DNA from: Lingula anatina
Lineage: Eukaryota > Animalia > Brachiopoda
DNA: 64,000 nt
Direction of reading: 5' to 3'
NCBI GenBank assembly: GCA_051362555.1
Contig: CM120648.1
Coordinates: forward strand, 13,946,587 to 14,010,586
Shown here: in pieces, positions 12,495-29,500 of the stretch
How the letters are laid out: each line of letters starts with the position of its first letter
Position numbering within the stretch: the first letter of the stretch is position 1
Notes under the pieces: model-generated
What the model saw: the letters and a program-made list of their open reading frames with translations, nothing else
Databases searched by the model: none
Told to the model about the DNA's origin: nothing
Translations under genes and position numbers: made by a program

Positions 12495-14380
12495 AAATTG
12501 ATATTCGAAATAATTTAGACCAGTGAAAAAAAAAAAGTTGGAGGTACCCTGCTTATGTTCGCATCCCGTTTTATTTTTAACTTTCATAACTGAAATGATT
12601 TTGAATGCTTTTGAAGTAGGTATACTGATAACTTTGAAACAGTAGGGCAAGAAAATGAACAACATCAACAGTTGTGCAGGCATGTGCATGCTGACTTGAA
12701 ACTAATGGAATGGAGGTTAGACTAGCTCATAATTGTCATTTCCACTGAACTACTAGATAATTTGAAGTGTTTGTAAACAAGAGTTGATTACTGAAGGGTT
12801 GAGTGGTGAACTAGTTTGGTAGTTAGGACAGTGTGAGCTAAAGCCGGTGTTTTAAGTTTCTTATTTGTTAAATGTTTGTATAAGACTTCCACCAGATCAC
12901 CAGTTCTTGCATGGACAGTGTATTTAATGTATTCAGTAATTGAGAATATTCAGGTATTGAGAAAATCATTATCTTGTATACCTGTTTTTGAGTTCCAAAT
13001 TTCTAATTTTTGAAGTTCATCAGAGCATTACTGGCCTCTGAATGGGAATCCTGTTACCTTGGTAATTTACATGTGAGCTATCACATTGTTTCTGTTTCAA
13101 GTAATAATCAATATCATGTTTACTACACATCTTGTCAATGTGTTTTACTTATGCAAGCCCTCATTCACTTGCCTAAGGATTGCCCTAGATACTCCACAGG
13201 GACTCTTACTGAATGCAATAAGATTTACAGACTGAGGCACCTTTGACATAAGAGGGTCATCTAAACGGCCAATTAATTTTGAATGGTCCAACAGTTGGAA
13301 GTAAGCTTGTGAAAGGAAGTTGGCCGCACTCAACCACTTCCCCATATCATTAGCACACTGGAGATCCAAATCAAATTAACTCAGAGAAAAATAATTTTAA
13401 AATGAATGTTCCTCAAACATCCTTTTTATTGGGTGGAACAGTTCAAAACAGCAGTCCATAACAGCACGTACAGAAAATTATCATTTGAATTATTTAGCCT
13501 AGGTAATCACAAATTTTATCATAATTTAATTTCCCTTATATAAAAATAACCTAGTTACATGATATTTTTGAGATAGCAATTTACCTTTAGAAAATGTACT
13601 GCACACATCAAATATTACAAGTTTTTATTTTTACTAGATGTTTTAATAAAGTTCAGTATCAGAGAACTAAATTTAATTATATAAAAAAAGTTGAAAACTT
13701 TTCATCTGAAACAATCCTGCCAGTGAAATACTAAGTGCAGATGACAAATACAGGATGCAATTTAAACCAAATGCCTGCAGACAACCAGGGCCACACTAAG
13801 GTCTGTTGGTTCAACACCAGTGTGGGATGTGAAGCATAATATGTTCAACAACTGTCACAGTGATATAATACTGAAATTTACAGTAAATATTAAAGAACAC
13901 AAAGAACAATCTGGTGCTTTGGATATTTGAGTAAACCTTCTGCTCTAATGTTTTGATCACCAACAGCCAGAAAACCACCTACAAAAAGTCTTTCTTGATA
14001 CACTGCTTATTATTAATAAATGTAAGTGTTGTACTGATTATTAATTCTAGTAATTTGAAAAAAAACTTGAAACTGAAAATTTCATTTTGAAAAATGCTAC
14101 AATGAAATCATTTGTGAGATGAAAGAACAATAGTTTTAGGGAAATTTCTAAGAACAATGAACAATCAATCTTATTACATTTTAACAAAACTAAAATTGTG
14201 TGTCTCTAAAATAAACTTACAATGGTTTTGAAATACTTTTGCAGAGATTTTCCTCACTGTATGAACCTGTGCATGCTTTGTTTCATCGTTCATTTAAAAA
14301 CAACATTAAAAAGCATTTAACAGTAAATCTTTCCAATAAACAAGAACCACATTTTTTCAAGCATGATTTCTGTTATGGTA

Positions 14381-16175
<1,795 letters not shown>

Positions 16176-16199
16176 ATCGACTGGTAATGCTTGCACACC

Positions 16200-16372
16200 G
16201 AAATAGTTATCTTGCAAAGATAAAACAGCACAAACTACTATAGATCTAAGCAACATATTTATACATGATTTATTTATGTTTTGGTTTGTGCCTGTATCAT
16301 ACTTCCGGTAATTTTTCTTAGTATCGGCGCAGTATTAGTGTCTGTTTTCGAGTTACAATCAAAGTAGGCAGG
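16200..16372. promoter_or_regulatory. Probable bidirectional promoter AAMDC / ZNF3
   Basis: ETS/GABP-type ACTTCCGG at 16301-16308, between the AAMDC ATG (16175, -) and a plus-strand donor GG|GTAAGT at 16372/16373. Confidence 0.55.
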
Positions 16373-16582
16373 GTAAGTTGCCCCAGGTGTGTAAAAAACG
16401 AAAGTGTCTCCATAATCCAAAGGTTCAATGGTCCGAAAAATTGTATGCACGCGCCTCTATTGAACCTTACTTTATTTCCAGTACACTAAACACGTTATTC
16501 ACGCATAAATTCAGACTATCGAACCTTCGGGCCTGTGATGGACTAATTGCTACGGTGTTAATCTCAGTATGGAAAGAAACAA

Positions 16583-16619
<37 letters not shown>

Positions 16620-16735
16620 TTCTCTCACACACACACACTGAATATCATAAATAGGGTGGGAAACTGGATTTCAATTAAATTATACCTTTGGTTTGTTCTT
16701 TTTCAGTCCTCATTTGTAAAGTCAGCGGGAAGAAA

Positions 16736-19700
16736 ATGGATGGGCCTCAAGTAAGGATAAAAAACTTAGATTATACATAAAAAAAAAAAACTCCTGCAAC
16801 TGCAGTTTAGTTCTACCTTGACAATTTGTTTACTAGTCTAAAGATACTGGAGTAAATGCTGTTCTAATAGGCACTTTCTTCCTTTTTTTAACTTTAAAGA
16901 ACTCATTTATTTGTTTGTTTGTTTTTTTGCCTGAAAAGTCCATACAGTCATATAAAGAAGATAATGCATTTGCATTTATTGATATATTGTTCTTGGTATG
17001 CTAACCACATATGCTACTGGGGTATAAATATCACCTGTCTTTTTCTTCTCATTTAAAAATGGGTAACACTAAAAATGTGCATTACAGCTCAACATAAACA
17101 TATTTCTAGGTAATTAAAGGGCCACTTGTAATTTCTCACCAAAATGAAGTTCTCTTAGCAGGTTTGAAAATCCACAACAACAGTATGTACTGTACGTCCT
17201 GTAAAGCTTTTTATATGTTCCAATTCAGACTCTAAAGACATACAATTATCCTTTTAAATATTTTTTTAAAGTTTACCTTGCTCTCCACCCCAGGAAAATT
17301 CATTTTGGCTGGAAAATCCCATGAAATGTCCCTTTAAAATTGTTGATCCAATCTAACAAATTGGTATGATATATTTATTGTCAGATTGTCAGCCATATTG
17401 GCAACTTTCTGCTAGTGGCTGGGGGAAATGGCAGATGCCTTAATTGACAGAAATGAATGGCCTAAACGTGCTGATATTTTTTCAAGTTGAATCCACAGTA
17501 TTAATAACCTAACAATATATGTTGCTTTTGTATCACCCTAACTTCTTGCAAATAATTTTTTCCTGTGTTTAATTTAAGTTTACTCACGTCTAGAGTCATT
17601 TTGTCTAGTGTATTGTGCTGTATGGCTCATTTTAGTGTGACCATATGAAAAATATCTCCTGTGAAAATTGAAGCAAGGGGTCATATTGTCTTGCAGGTTA
17701 ATCAGTTAGTCAGCCCTCACAGTGACAGACCTGTGAAGCCCAAACAAAAAAGAAACAGACGAAAGCTTGTTCCCATTGAAGTTCAAAAGGCCAGAAAGTT
17801 AGAAAAAGACAGACAAAGGAGCAGAGAGACGGTTCATATTGGCAGGCAAATAGAGAGATGGAATGCTCTGAGGAAGGAGCTACAAATAAAACATGAAGTG
17901 TTGGCAGAGATTCTCTTAGATTTGTGAGTATTGTTATGTATTTACGTATCAATAACGGTATACAAACCCTATATTTTGATTGGTTAAGGTAACAGTGTGA
18001 TTATTTTCAATGAGTTCTCTATGACAGATTCTGTTATGCATTGTGTAAAAGTTTTTTTTTCTGTCTCAATTAATGTCAGACACTTGCCATTTCTCTCTGA
18101 ACTTGTCATGAAATACATGTACAGTGACATCAAGGGCAGACCCAGAACTTTTTCTGGACAATTTTTCAAGTGACTTTGAAATAGTCTTTGCACCTCACAA
18201 GCTTAAATATAGATATTGGGTGCAGATGTTTATAGATAAAACCTAAATCTTTTTTTTTTACTAGTGCCACCAGCATGACTGCTGGCAGTATATATATGTA
18301 AATAAGTTTATTAAAACATGGCAACCAAAAGGTTGAAGTTATACATAAAATGGAGTGAGAATAAAATTAACAAATTAAAATAATGATATACAGGTATAAT
18401 ATAGGATATGCAAATAGAACTTAATGAGATAAAAAAAGGATAAATTAAAATAAATGAATAAAATAAATTTTTGCACACCCATCTGAAAGTTAGTGTAAAA
18501 GAGGATGGAGTAATGATAATTAAATACAATAAAGGCCAAAATGAGTTTCAAAAGTAAAACTTAGACCACTAATGGTTTAATAAAGAGAAAGGAATAAAAG
18601 TGTTTTTAAAACGTTCAGTTCTAATTTTTGGTATGTTAAACTTTGACAGGCTATTTCTTAGTCTCCTGTGTGGATTGCAGGTTAAAAGGTAGTTCAGCTT
18701 GTCTGTGTCATTTTGTATTTTTGCAAAGAATGATTTGCAGAATTCAACTCTGCACTCTTTTAATGTTATTAGTTTTGGTTTTGCTAGAGCATCAACATAA
18801 GTTAATTCAGGGAAAATGATCCTAAGTACCCTTGACTGGATGGATTCTATTATTTTACATTGTTCTCCAGTTAATCCAGTACTCACGGTTTAATCCTGAC
18901 CATCTCACTGATTATTGGTATTGACTTATTAAATCAAAATACATTTGTACTTTTAAAAATGATTTGAAGACATTTAAACTTTGGTCAAGACTTGTAATAC
19001 AATTTTGAGCATTGTCAATTAAATTAGAGGCAATATCTTTCATAAATATTTTTGAAAATTTCCATAGACCACATATTCAGTGAAAGCAATCTACAATTGA
19101 CACCACAAATCACTGCTCTAAAACTGTGTCAGGTAGAGGTATTTAAATGAATGCTTGCTCATTTTTCATCCCAAATATCTTGATACATCTTTCATATTTA
19201 GCCACACTAATCAAATGTTTTTTTAATAATTACATAGAGCAGAAAATCAATAAAAACAATCAACAATTGACTCCCCAAATTATTGCTCTCAAATTCTGTC
19301 AGGAAGAGGTAATCATATGGATACTTAGTCATTTTTCTTCTCAGATATCTTGATACATGTATCAACAATGATAACAACAATGATTTCAAAACTTTCCTGT
19401 TGCCTAGGCCCTTTGGATATGTTGTCCAATATTCATGTCAGTCAAGTAGCTCACTTGTTGTTTATCCAAGTAGATCAGATAATTTAGATAGCTACTTTTA
19501 ATGCCATTGGGAGGTAATATTGAAAGACCTCTTTGGAACCTGTCAAGTATTGAGGGAAACTGGTAACACGATGGGAATTATTAGTCTTACATACTTCTGC
19601 AAACATGCCAAGAATTTTTTTTTTTAATGGGAAGTTCTGAGCGGTTTCCAGTAACCCAAGAAAAAACCCCTGTATCTGCCTCTGGTTACACATACATGTA

Positions 19701-21299
19701 CACCCACCAGCCACATATGTACACAATATCCAGTATCTTTTCACTTTTCAGTGATGTCCCAGTCTGTGGCAGAACACAGATTTATGACCAAAGAAAAAAG
19801 AAAAAAGTTTGTTCATTTATATCAATATCTTGAAATTTCTATCATAATGACTAAAAACCCAGATCCTATTCCTATCTGAAGTTTTATTTTGTTTTAAAAC
19901 TTGTGTATATGACATGATTTATGTTTTATACTTTTTTTATTATATTTCAATTAGGTATTTCAAACATGCTGGCCCTAAGACTGAAATTGATGACACCAGA
20001 GGTCAGTATGAGTCAGGACAGGACAATGGATATAATGCTCCAGAGTCATTTTATACAGATCATCTTCATGTTTCATGGGATAATCCCGATCAAGGACAGA
20101 CATATTTTTCAGACCTTTTCAATGTTTCTGCAGGTCAAGATCCAGATAGAAAGATGCATAAACAAATTGTCAGCCAAGATGAAAAAAATGGAAAGTATTT
20201 TGAGGAGGATGATATAGACAAGGGAGGTACTGATGCCCAAGAAAAAGAAGATGATGATCTCTCTGTACTAAGTGATGAAGATATTGAGACAGATGAGTTT
20301 AGCGAAGTTGCTGAGGAAAGTGATGATCTTTATGTTCCAAGTGATGAAGATCTTGAGACAGATGATGAAGAGTTTAGTGAAGGATATAATTTCTATGAAC
20401 CTGGAGACAAAGAATATCAACAAGGAAAACGAAAATGCCAAAAATGTGGCAAGTTTATCTGTAAGTCAGGATTTAAGAGACATCAAAAAGTGCATGAAAA
20501 GGACAGAAAGATGGAGTGCAAATTCTGTGGCAGTTGTTTTGAAAGTGTGGAGGAATTCAGTGCACACAGCCATGAAACTGTGCCCAAGCATGAATGTCAG
20601 TTCTGTGGAAAAATTTTTAAATTGTACAAAAAATTTAATAAACATGTAAAAACATGCCAAGAAACCAGAGAAAATGGAGAAGTGAAAGAATCTTGCACTT
20701 GCAAGTTTTGTGGTAAAAAATATTTGTGTGAATCAAGCTGCAGGAAACACGAGAAAATTCACAAGACAGGACCTTTTTATTGCCAGTACTGTAAGAAAGA
20801 ATTTGAGTTTAAACGTATTGCTAAAGCACATGAAAGAACTCATGCAGAAGCAAAAAAATACATTTGCAAATATTGTGGGAAAAAATTTGCCATAAAATAT
20901 TGTTGTCAGGTACATGAAAGATCACACACAGCAGATAAAACAAAGGAAACACAGAATAAAAATTCATTGTTATGCCATTTTTGTGGCAAAGGTTTTGCAG
21001 CAAGTTTTATGTTGCAGTTACATATAAGAAGTCACACGGGAGAAAAACCTTTCAAATGCCAAACCTGCTTTAAATCATTTTCTGATAACAGAAGACTTAA
21101 GCGACATATGTTAATTCACACAGGTGAAAAACCATATCAGTGCAAGTTCTGTGAGAAGAGATTTGTACAACAAGGTGCTTGTGTGAGCCACATGAGAGTT
21201 CACACAGGAGAGAAACCTTACAAATGTCACTACTGTGAGAAAGCTTTTTCACATAATGTCAGTCGTAAGGCACACGAAAAAGCTCATGAAGACATGTAA
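16736..21299 (+). CDS. C2H2 zinc-finger protein 3 (shared N-terminal module + acidic tract + 10 fingers), ~528 aa
   Basis: Exons 16736-16750 (MDGPQ), 17697-17923 and 19955-21299 are in phase; 10 fingers, including one C2HC and one with short H-x-H spacing. Confidence 0.85.
18300..18886 (-). mobile_element. CR1/L2-clade LINE 3' fragment in a ZNF3 intron
   Basis: [31 protein letters not shown]...IPKIRTERFKNTFIP is the C-terminal tail of a LINE ORF2; related to 61080-61810. Confidence 0.75.
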
Positions 21300-22272
21300 A
21301 CTGAAAATAAAACTATATTGGTTTAATTCTTATAGTTTACTGAAGAATTGTTTACATAGTGTTAAAAACAAAATATTTCTGTTGTATGTTGATAATAGTG
21401 AAAATAAAAGAAAATATTATTATAAAAAATTTATTTCTGGTTGTCAAAAAAGTTATGTTTAATGGTAGTTCAAAAACTTAAAAATATAAGATTTATATGA
21501 AATATTTTAAGTATCTTTTATTTAGTATAATATACGCTTAGAAATGACTGATTTCCCCTCTATTTACCATTATTTATAATTTTCCTGAGTTTTTTCATCT
21601 TTCAGTAAGTTTTTAATAGTTCTGAATAGTTTTATTGAATGCATTCTCTTGCACCCACAATAGTGTGTGGTATTCTTTTTATTTTCACACTCATGTCCAT
21701 TATTTTTCTAAATTTGTTGATTACACTTTTTTTAATCATGCTCTTTTAATCATTTTCAAACCAAAGCAAAGCATATCAAGTACAACTTCTTCCCTAGTAT
21801 AAGACCTACTTTTAATGTACAGACACACAGTACCTGTAGTTGTACATGTAGCCGTCACCCAGGTCTGGCATTGGCATAATGTCATACGTTTGGTTGCCAT
21901 GTACTTCAAAGATAGCACGATTATAGGAAAACTATTTGACCTTTTGTCTTCAAACCAACAGAACTGATAAATACTAGTGAAGTACAGGTCAAGTTTTAAA
22001 TCAGCTTGATTTTTTAATCGTGTATTTAAACAGATGACACATTCCGAGAAGAACTGGTTGACCAGTTGTTTTCAAACTTGAAGGAATGATGAAAGTTACT
22101 TAAATACAGGTCGGTTATGAAAACCAGCCTAATCGGATTATTTTTGCCAAACGTAATGCTGTTTTTTTTTTCAGCATATACTATACGCATTGCAGATAAC
22201 ACATTTCAAGGAAAACAGACATGTCTAATTTTAATAACAAGTTGAATGTTTCTCTTAATGGGCCATGTCATA

Positions 22273-22487
22273 GACCCCATTCCCACAGATTTTAGATCTA
22301 TCTATCCCTGTGGGGAGTCTCACTAAATTACTGTCAGCTTAGCCGGATTAAATGTCTGTCCCGCCTACTAGAAGCTGGAAGGGGGTAATTAACTACCGTG
22401 CGCGCTCGGCTGACTGCAATTTAGTGTGAACCCCCCAGGGAGTTAGGTCGATCCGGATGGATCGATCTAAATCTCTGGGAATGCCCT
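22273..22487. mobile_element. MITE (~215 bp), second copy at ~52818-53044
   Basis: Inverted termini CATTCCCACAGATTTTAGATC / GATCTAAATCTCTGGGAATG with internal palindromy; a near-identical copy lies in a PARP intron. Confidence 0.8.
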
Positions 22488-23971
22488 CATAGTTTTAAAA
22501 GAAATTTTAGGAACCTTTTATTCAAAAAATATTTTAGCTTATTTTGTTCTTCTTAATTACGTTTATATTACATTTTAATTAATCTTCGTTGTTTTAGTTT
22601 TTATATGTAAAGAGCGCTGAAACGCATATGCAGCACAGTTTTAAGAAATAAAAATATTATTATTATTATTTTACAGTGACAGAAAGCAGATTTTAGGTAA
22701 AAAATGGAAGAAAAAAGAAAAAAATTTGTTTGACGTTTGTATATAGCTCATTACTCTATAAGCAGAGAAAACCCAGAAACCAACAATGACCAATAATACG
22801 CACTCGAAGAGGATTGCTGTAAAAATGCAACAACGGACTGGAAAACGCCCCACAATATTGACGACACAAGAGCTTTGACAAGTTTTAAAGAAAGGCAGTT
22901 TTGAAAAGTACAGTATATTCATTCTATAATTTTATACATTTCACATATAAACTTAACAAAATGTTAACGACCTTAAATCTTGAATATTATGTTCTTTAAA
23001 GAAAGTTCTATACAAGTTGCACATAGGCCCTACTGTGCATTCCTTAAAGAAAGATCTTCACAAGTTCTTACATTTGATCCAACACGAAGTCCAATCTCCG
23101 CTGCAATCTTCCTACCCAACTTTTGAACATTCATCCGACATTGACGTAATGATTCCAGTTAAGAAGTGCCTTATTCTGCTTGAGTATTTATAGACACGAG
23201 ACTATTATTGTACATAAAGCTGGGGTAGTTGAATGATGACTACATTTCAGACTTGATATTCTATATCAGATGAGGAAAAACCTCAAGTTACACTTTCCTC
23301 GCTTGTTTTACCTCCTGTGTGGAAAATTTTCGTCGACGGTCTAACTGTATTGTACATGTAGAGTATCTAGTGTTATTGCTTGTCGAGAGAGGAGAGGAGA
23401 GGGGATATCCATGGTTTGCGGCATTGATCTGCACTGACAAATTGTTTTCATTTTCAAAGGTTGGATTTTTTAAAATATTGTAGCTAAAAATAGTTTATTT
23501 CTTCGTATATTAGTGAATTATCAAAGTTATTTTCTTTCAATGTAATATAGAATGTACCTTTGAAATCAAGCCCTACCTGTACAGTTTGAAATAAAACATT
23601 AAAATATTTACACATTCAGGTACTTTGATAGACTTTGACGTGGAATGTTATCTGAAGTGATAGAATCGCCATATTGCCCTCGTGGCGTCTGTTTTTCCCA
23701 CCATGTTGATTTGAATATACCATATCATCAGATATCTTGCCATGACTAGAGAGTGAAGAAAATATGAAATGGCGAGAAGCAAATGGTAACTTTCTGATAA
23801 CCAGCGGACTTATTGTTGACAAACCAGTATTGCCGAAGCGTCAACTTTGAAGGTGGTGAGAGTGGACAGAATTCTCTCTCCAAGATGTCGCAAGCCCAGT
23901 GCAGCAGCCAGGTAGGGCATTTTAATTGTTAAAACATTGTTTTGTGGGCATTGTTAAAACAGCACAATCGT

Positions 23972-26490
23972 CTAGGTACAATTCACCACCGTGTCTTTAT
24001 AAAATATGTCTTCTAAGAACTGATTAACGAACATATTATCAGGATCGAAACGTGCCCGCTGCCTTGCACAAATGAACTGGTCTACGGGATACGAGTCCCA
24101 CACTTCCTCCCTCAAGTCTTTGCCGTACATCTGAATTAATCTGGGCCACGTGGGGCGAGATGTGGGGATTTCTTTGAGCTGCTTGAGAACCTGCAAATAA
24201 ACAGAACAGTTCGGTAACGTTTCTATATAAATTTGAAAAAAATTGCATTAATTAAACAGCAATTTTTCCAGTAATTTCATAGTAAGGCACTTTCTCAATC
24301 GATAGCTCTTGGGTGTAAGTGCCTTACTTAACCAGTGCTAATTGAAATAGATCATGTTCTATAGATAAACGCAACACATACTTGCATAACAATGATACTG
24401 GTAAAAAAAAAACTTCAAGTTAATTTTTCATAAAATTCTTATTTATACTTAACCTCTTTTGTGAACTGTGTGTATAATGGATAAGAGTAGGCGTGTGCCA
24501 ACAGCTCTACATAGGAGACGTAGTAGCCGGTAGTCTCGGGGCCGTAGTTGTTGGTACACAGCAGGCAGTCTTCACTGCCCCTGACCACACGGACAGAGGC
24601 AGTGGCCACAGGGAAATGGGGATAGGCGTAAGCGTACTCTTCCGCTTTGGCGACAATGATCTAAAATCAATATAATTTTCATTTGACAAAAAGCAATTAA
24701 ATTCATACAGATGTAGTTTAATTTTCAGGATTAAGGATACCAGGCCTTTCAAATATTTGATATTGCTCGATGGCTTATGGTGTGTTACTTTCCTTCTTTT
24801 GTATCTTCACGTGTTTTGGGTCTAGGTTTGGTGATGTATTTACTAACCCCCATTACCTCGTGTTTATATTCATTATCATAATATTAAACCTGGCCATTTT
24901 GACAAATGACAAAATCCATATCAAAATTTGTGTTTGGTTTTATCTTTCCGGGCAAAAACAGAGCTTCGGTGAGCTTTTGTGCGTTTGGGGCACATAAAAT
25001 CAATTTTAAATTCAAACTGGCTAAAATCTATTTCATAACAGTGAAAGAAATGATAAAAATCAACAATATAAAAAACAACTATGTATGCAAAAGCAGACTT
25101 TTTATTTTAATGACAAAAATAGGTTAATTAAGTATGGTTGTCTTCATAGACGATATGACACATATATAGCTAGAAAAAACTGGACACACCTTCAACGCAG
25201 CGATAGTGTTTGCAAAATCATCTTTGTCTTTTAGGGCAATCTCCGTGGAATATAACAGCGCCTGGATTGTTTCGTCAGAGTGTCTGTAGCCTTCTACACT
25301 ATAAAAATAATCTGGACCGGGAGGAAGGAACATCCTTGCCACGTCACCATTACTCTGAATTCAGACAAAAATAGAACCTCTGATCGAATAGTCGACTACT
25401 GCATGGAGTATAAAGCAGTTCTACATAAACAGATCTTTGTCTTTCCGATTCAACGTCATACATGTAGTGGGATATATTAATGATCTTTTAAAATGCAAAG
25501 AAGGAATAAAAGCATATCCCGGTGTAACAGGCCTAAAAACACCCCTGGTCCTGTCTTTACCTAGGGTTAAATAACCCTTCGTTAAATTATACTCTGGTTC
25601 TTTTCAGGCCTCCTAAAAATATTTGCAGTTGATTGAAGCCCTTTCTTGGGATTCTACAACCAAAACGAGTTTATAAAATAGTGCCAGCATGTCTATTTTA
25701 TATTGGCCGGCAGATGATAATTTGAATGCCCGCTGTGGTTCAGCGGGGAGAATATTCTCGGTTTGTGACCAGTTTATTATAGACGTTGGGCAACATTTAT
25801 CACGTCTCGATAACAGATTGATCATCCAATCATAATACTGTTTAAATTAGCCACAGCTAAGTTATTTACTTTCTCGGGTATACAATAGTTTGTCATATGG
25901 CTGTTTATTGTTTATTCTCTGGGATATACTCTGGAATATTACACCTGGATAAAATAGTTCTCAGAAGACTTCGTATTTCCTTTTTTAATGATTTCAAACA
26001 CGCATTACAGGAGTTACTTTAAAATACAGAAAGGTCTCCAATGTTTGACGGTATCCCTACGTTCAACTTTAACCTAAATGCGGTTAAATGTTCAAAAGCG
26101 CATTTTTTTCCCTTACATTAAATCTGACTGTAATTACGTAAAATAAAAAAAAAACTCTGTTTAGATGCGCATAATTAAAATAGACACGTTAATTTTCAAA
26201 TGTTATGACATGAGTTGCCATTTATCTTTGATATGAGTTGCCAAACCATTGTTTTTAGCCCAAAACATCCTATGTGCCCACCTTGGTATCTGTGTGGGTG
26301 AAATTTTTCCCCTCCCGCTGCGGTCTGACAGTGTGGTGTAGGGGCCGCACTGTGTTGTACCGGGTCACATTCACCTTGCTGCCCTCCTCAGCAGATAGCG
26401 GCTTCAGAGTTCTGTAATATTTGACCATATACGTAAAAATACTAATTAGATTTAAGGAATCGAGTTGTTCAACAGTCTTCCCTCCCTATT

Positions 26491-26522
<32 letters not shown>

Positions 26523-29500
26523 TAGAAATCACATGTGACGGGTATCCTATTGTATATATTTCGTTTTCTTTAAGACTCCACCTTCTAGAGCATGGAACTC
26601 AGCTTGGCTACTTAAGGTGATTGTATTCTTTATCCCTCAAGCCCAATGTTCAGGTCAAGTCCAAAATTTCTTAATGTTATAATCAAGCATGCATCTGAAT
26701 ATATAGATGTAAAAAAAACCCTCATCTTCTAATGATATCTTCCTGGTCATGCATAAAGATACAATACTGCGATTCTAAATTTTGAATGGTTTTTTTAATG
26801 TGACTTTGGAATACTATTGAATAATATATATTTATACGGCTTTTCACTCTGTTCAGCCATCTCACTAATATCAACTAACTGGCGTTTTTTTGTTCTTCCC
26901 AATAAAGGCCTTGCATTCCTAAATCTTGCGGCCCTAATTCAATTTCATTCTTTTCATTCAGATGCTTTTTTCTTGATTTGTTTTTATTTTTCTTACATAT
27001 GTGCATTTTGTGGTTTGTATATAAAAAACAATATTTTGTTCCTCCATTACATGGAGTAATTTTCATCATCTTGCATAAATATTTAACTATAAATAGTAGC
27101 TTCTCATATTTTGTGAATCAAATGGAATAAATGTCGAATTAAATACGAAATCCGACAGAAAGCTCATGTAAGTATACAGAATACATGTACAGATTTATTC
27201 ACAGTTGCGTCTTTATCACTATTAGTAACAATAAAACATACTTTATCCATACGTGATCTTTCTCTGCCTTCCACGTTGTTGGCATGTGACCACGGTCATT
27301 GAAATACGTCATTTCCGCTTTTGTTGCTGACGTCAGTGGTGCCCAGTAAAAAAATACAAACATGTTGGTTTCATCACTTAACTCCTGCAGCAGTGCCGTG
27401 CTGTTATACAGACTTTCCTCCACGGTTGCCCATTTGTTATAGCCTGCTACAATCCTGATGGGATATACCTATATAAAATATAATATTGAATATATGTATA
27501 GATTAAAGCAATTGAATTATTCAACAGCCCCCTTGCTCTGTGTGTCATGAGGTTAATTGTTTTAATCTAAATTGAATAAATAAAAGAACTAACAAGAAGA
27601 ATTATTACGAAGAATGCCTAAAACTTATTTCAGATGAAGACGTTCTAAAAGCGGAATTCACTGTATCAAAGTTATTTATTCACAGATTTTGAATTTTCTT
27701 TTAACTATATGAAATGATGTTTATTTACGTAAACTTAGGCCACCAGCCTATATTACATTACAGTAAAAGTAAATAAACATCATTTCATCATCTGTGAATA
27801 AATAACTTTAATACAGTGAAAAATAAAAAAAAAATAAATAAAAGCGGTATGACCCTTAGCAAAATGAAAAGTTTGCAGCAACGAGTTTGCAGGAGTTTCC
27901 AAGGAAAAAATTCTTGCTGCTAATTTGCAGCTATAATTTGCAAGAAGGAATTGCAATTTGCTGCAAATTTGCTACGAGTTTGCAGCAGGTCTGATATTTT
28001 GCTAAGGGGAGCCATGGATAAGTGTTACATTACCAAAGCACGTGGGGGGGGGGGGGACTTTTTCATGTTGGCCAAAAATTGGTTAATGGTTGATAAAACA
28101 CTGATATATATAAAATAGAAATTACACCATCCTCGACATGTGCACATGCACGCGCACACACACATCGCGGTGCAGGTGTGTGGAGATAAAGGAGTCCACC
28201 TGCGTCGGATATATGGCAAACAGTTCTTTTCAAGAGGACAAATGTAAATGACAACATACCGTGATTGTGACGTCATATATAATCCCGCACATTCCCAGAC
28301 AAGCCACCAGTGCGCGCATGGCCTCTTTGTGTTGATACACATTATAGGACTTAAGTTCTCCTTCACTGTTGATAACTCTCATGGCAACGATGTAATTATT
28401 CTCTATTGGATAGTGAGATCCACTTCCCTAAAAGGGAAAAATACTTTTAACGTTTTCATATGTGTATGTGTATTTGTCAATAGAAACCAACAGTGCAACT
28501 ATTACAAAGATGCAATATTTTGATTTAATAACATACTAAAATTATAGTGCAAACTGTTGTTTGGACCCAGCTGGTCTCCACAGTAAGTCCTGTCGTTTAC
28601 TCTTTTATTACGTTGGCTTACACCTCAAACTTTCAGTGGTAACAATTGCTTTTAAGTCCCTGGTGGTTGGGCCCAGGCCAGGGCCAGACCCGCTACCATG
28701 ACAACGCAAATAGGAAAACTTCACCAAAAAAGTCATTTTTTGTAACAACACAACATTCAAACACATTTCAAGGGTCTCATAATATGAATGTTTGAGTTTG
28801 ATCAGTTTATAGCAACCACGATTTTGAGCCTATCACTTTCAGTACTATTGTCACGCCAACACATTTCAAAAGAAAAAAAAAACATTGGAATCGGATATAA
28901 CTCCACACTGCGCAATGGTTTTAACTTATTTGGAAATTAATAGCTTTGGCACAGAAAGTTTTGTAAAAGCCATGTGATAATGATTCATGATACTGATCCA
29001 AATGCGCAATGCCGGGTGCCTGGTTTCAGAGTGTGCAGAGTAGCTAATACATGGACAGTTTACGTGGATCACTGCCACTGACCAGACTAAAGACAACCTA
29101 CGTGTGAGGATGTGCAGAGTGAGCCCACTACGGTCGGCGAGATGGACCCAGGCCCGGTTAGCTGGGTCAGATTGTGGCTGATCAGGAAGTTGTCGAAGTC
29201 AAAGAACCGGACGCTGGTAGAAACTGTGACGGAGGTATGACCTTGCCAGTGGTTCTGAAATATTCATGAAATTTTTCTGTGAACTTCAGCATTACACTAG
29301 AATTATCATTGTATCCATACAAGTAACAATGATCATATCTTTGAAAAAACTACATTTCACCTGTTATCCTGTAAAGTACTTTCCGTGGCAGTGAAGTGAG
29401 GTATTTGAAGGGTCACCTTCCAGCTATTTTGTTCAAATTGCTGCGTATTTTTGACAAGCTAATTATCAGCTTACAAAATCGATGAACTGCCCCAAAAACA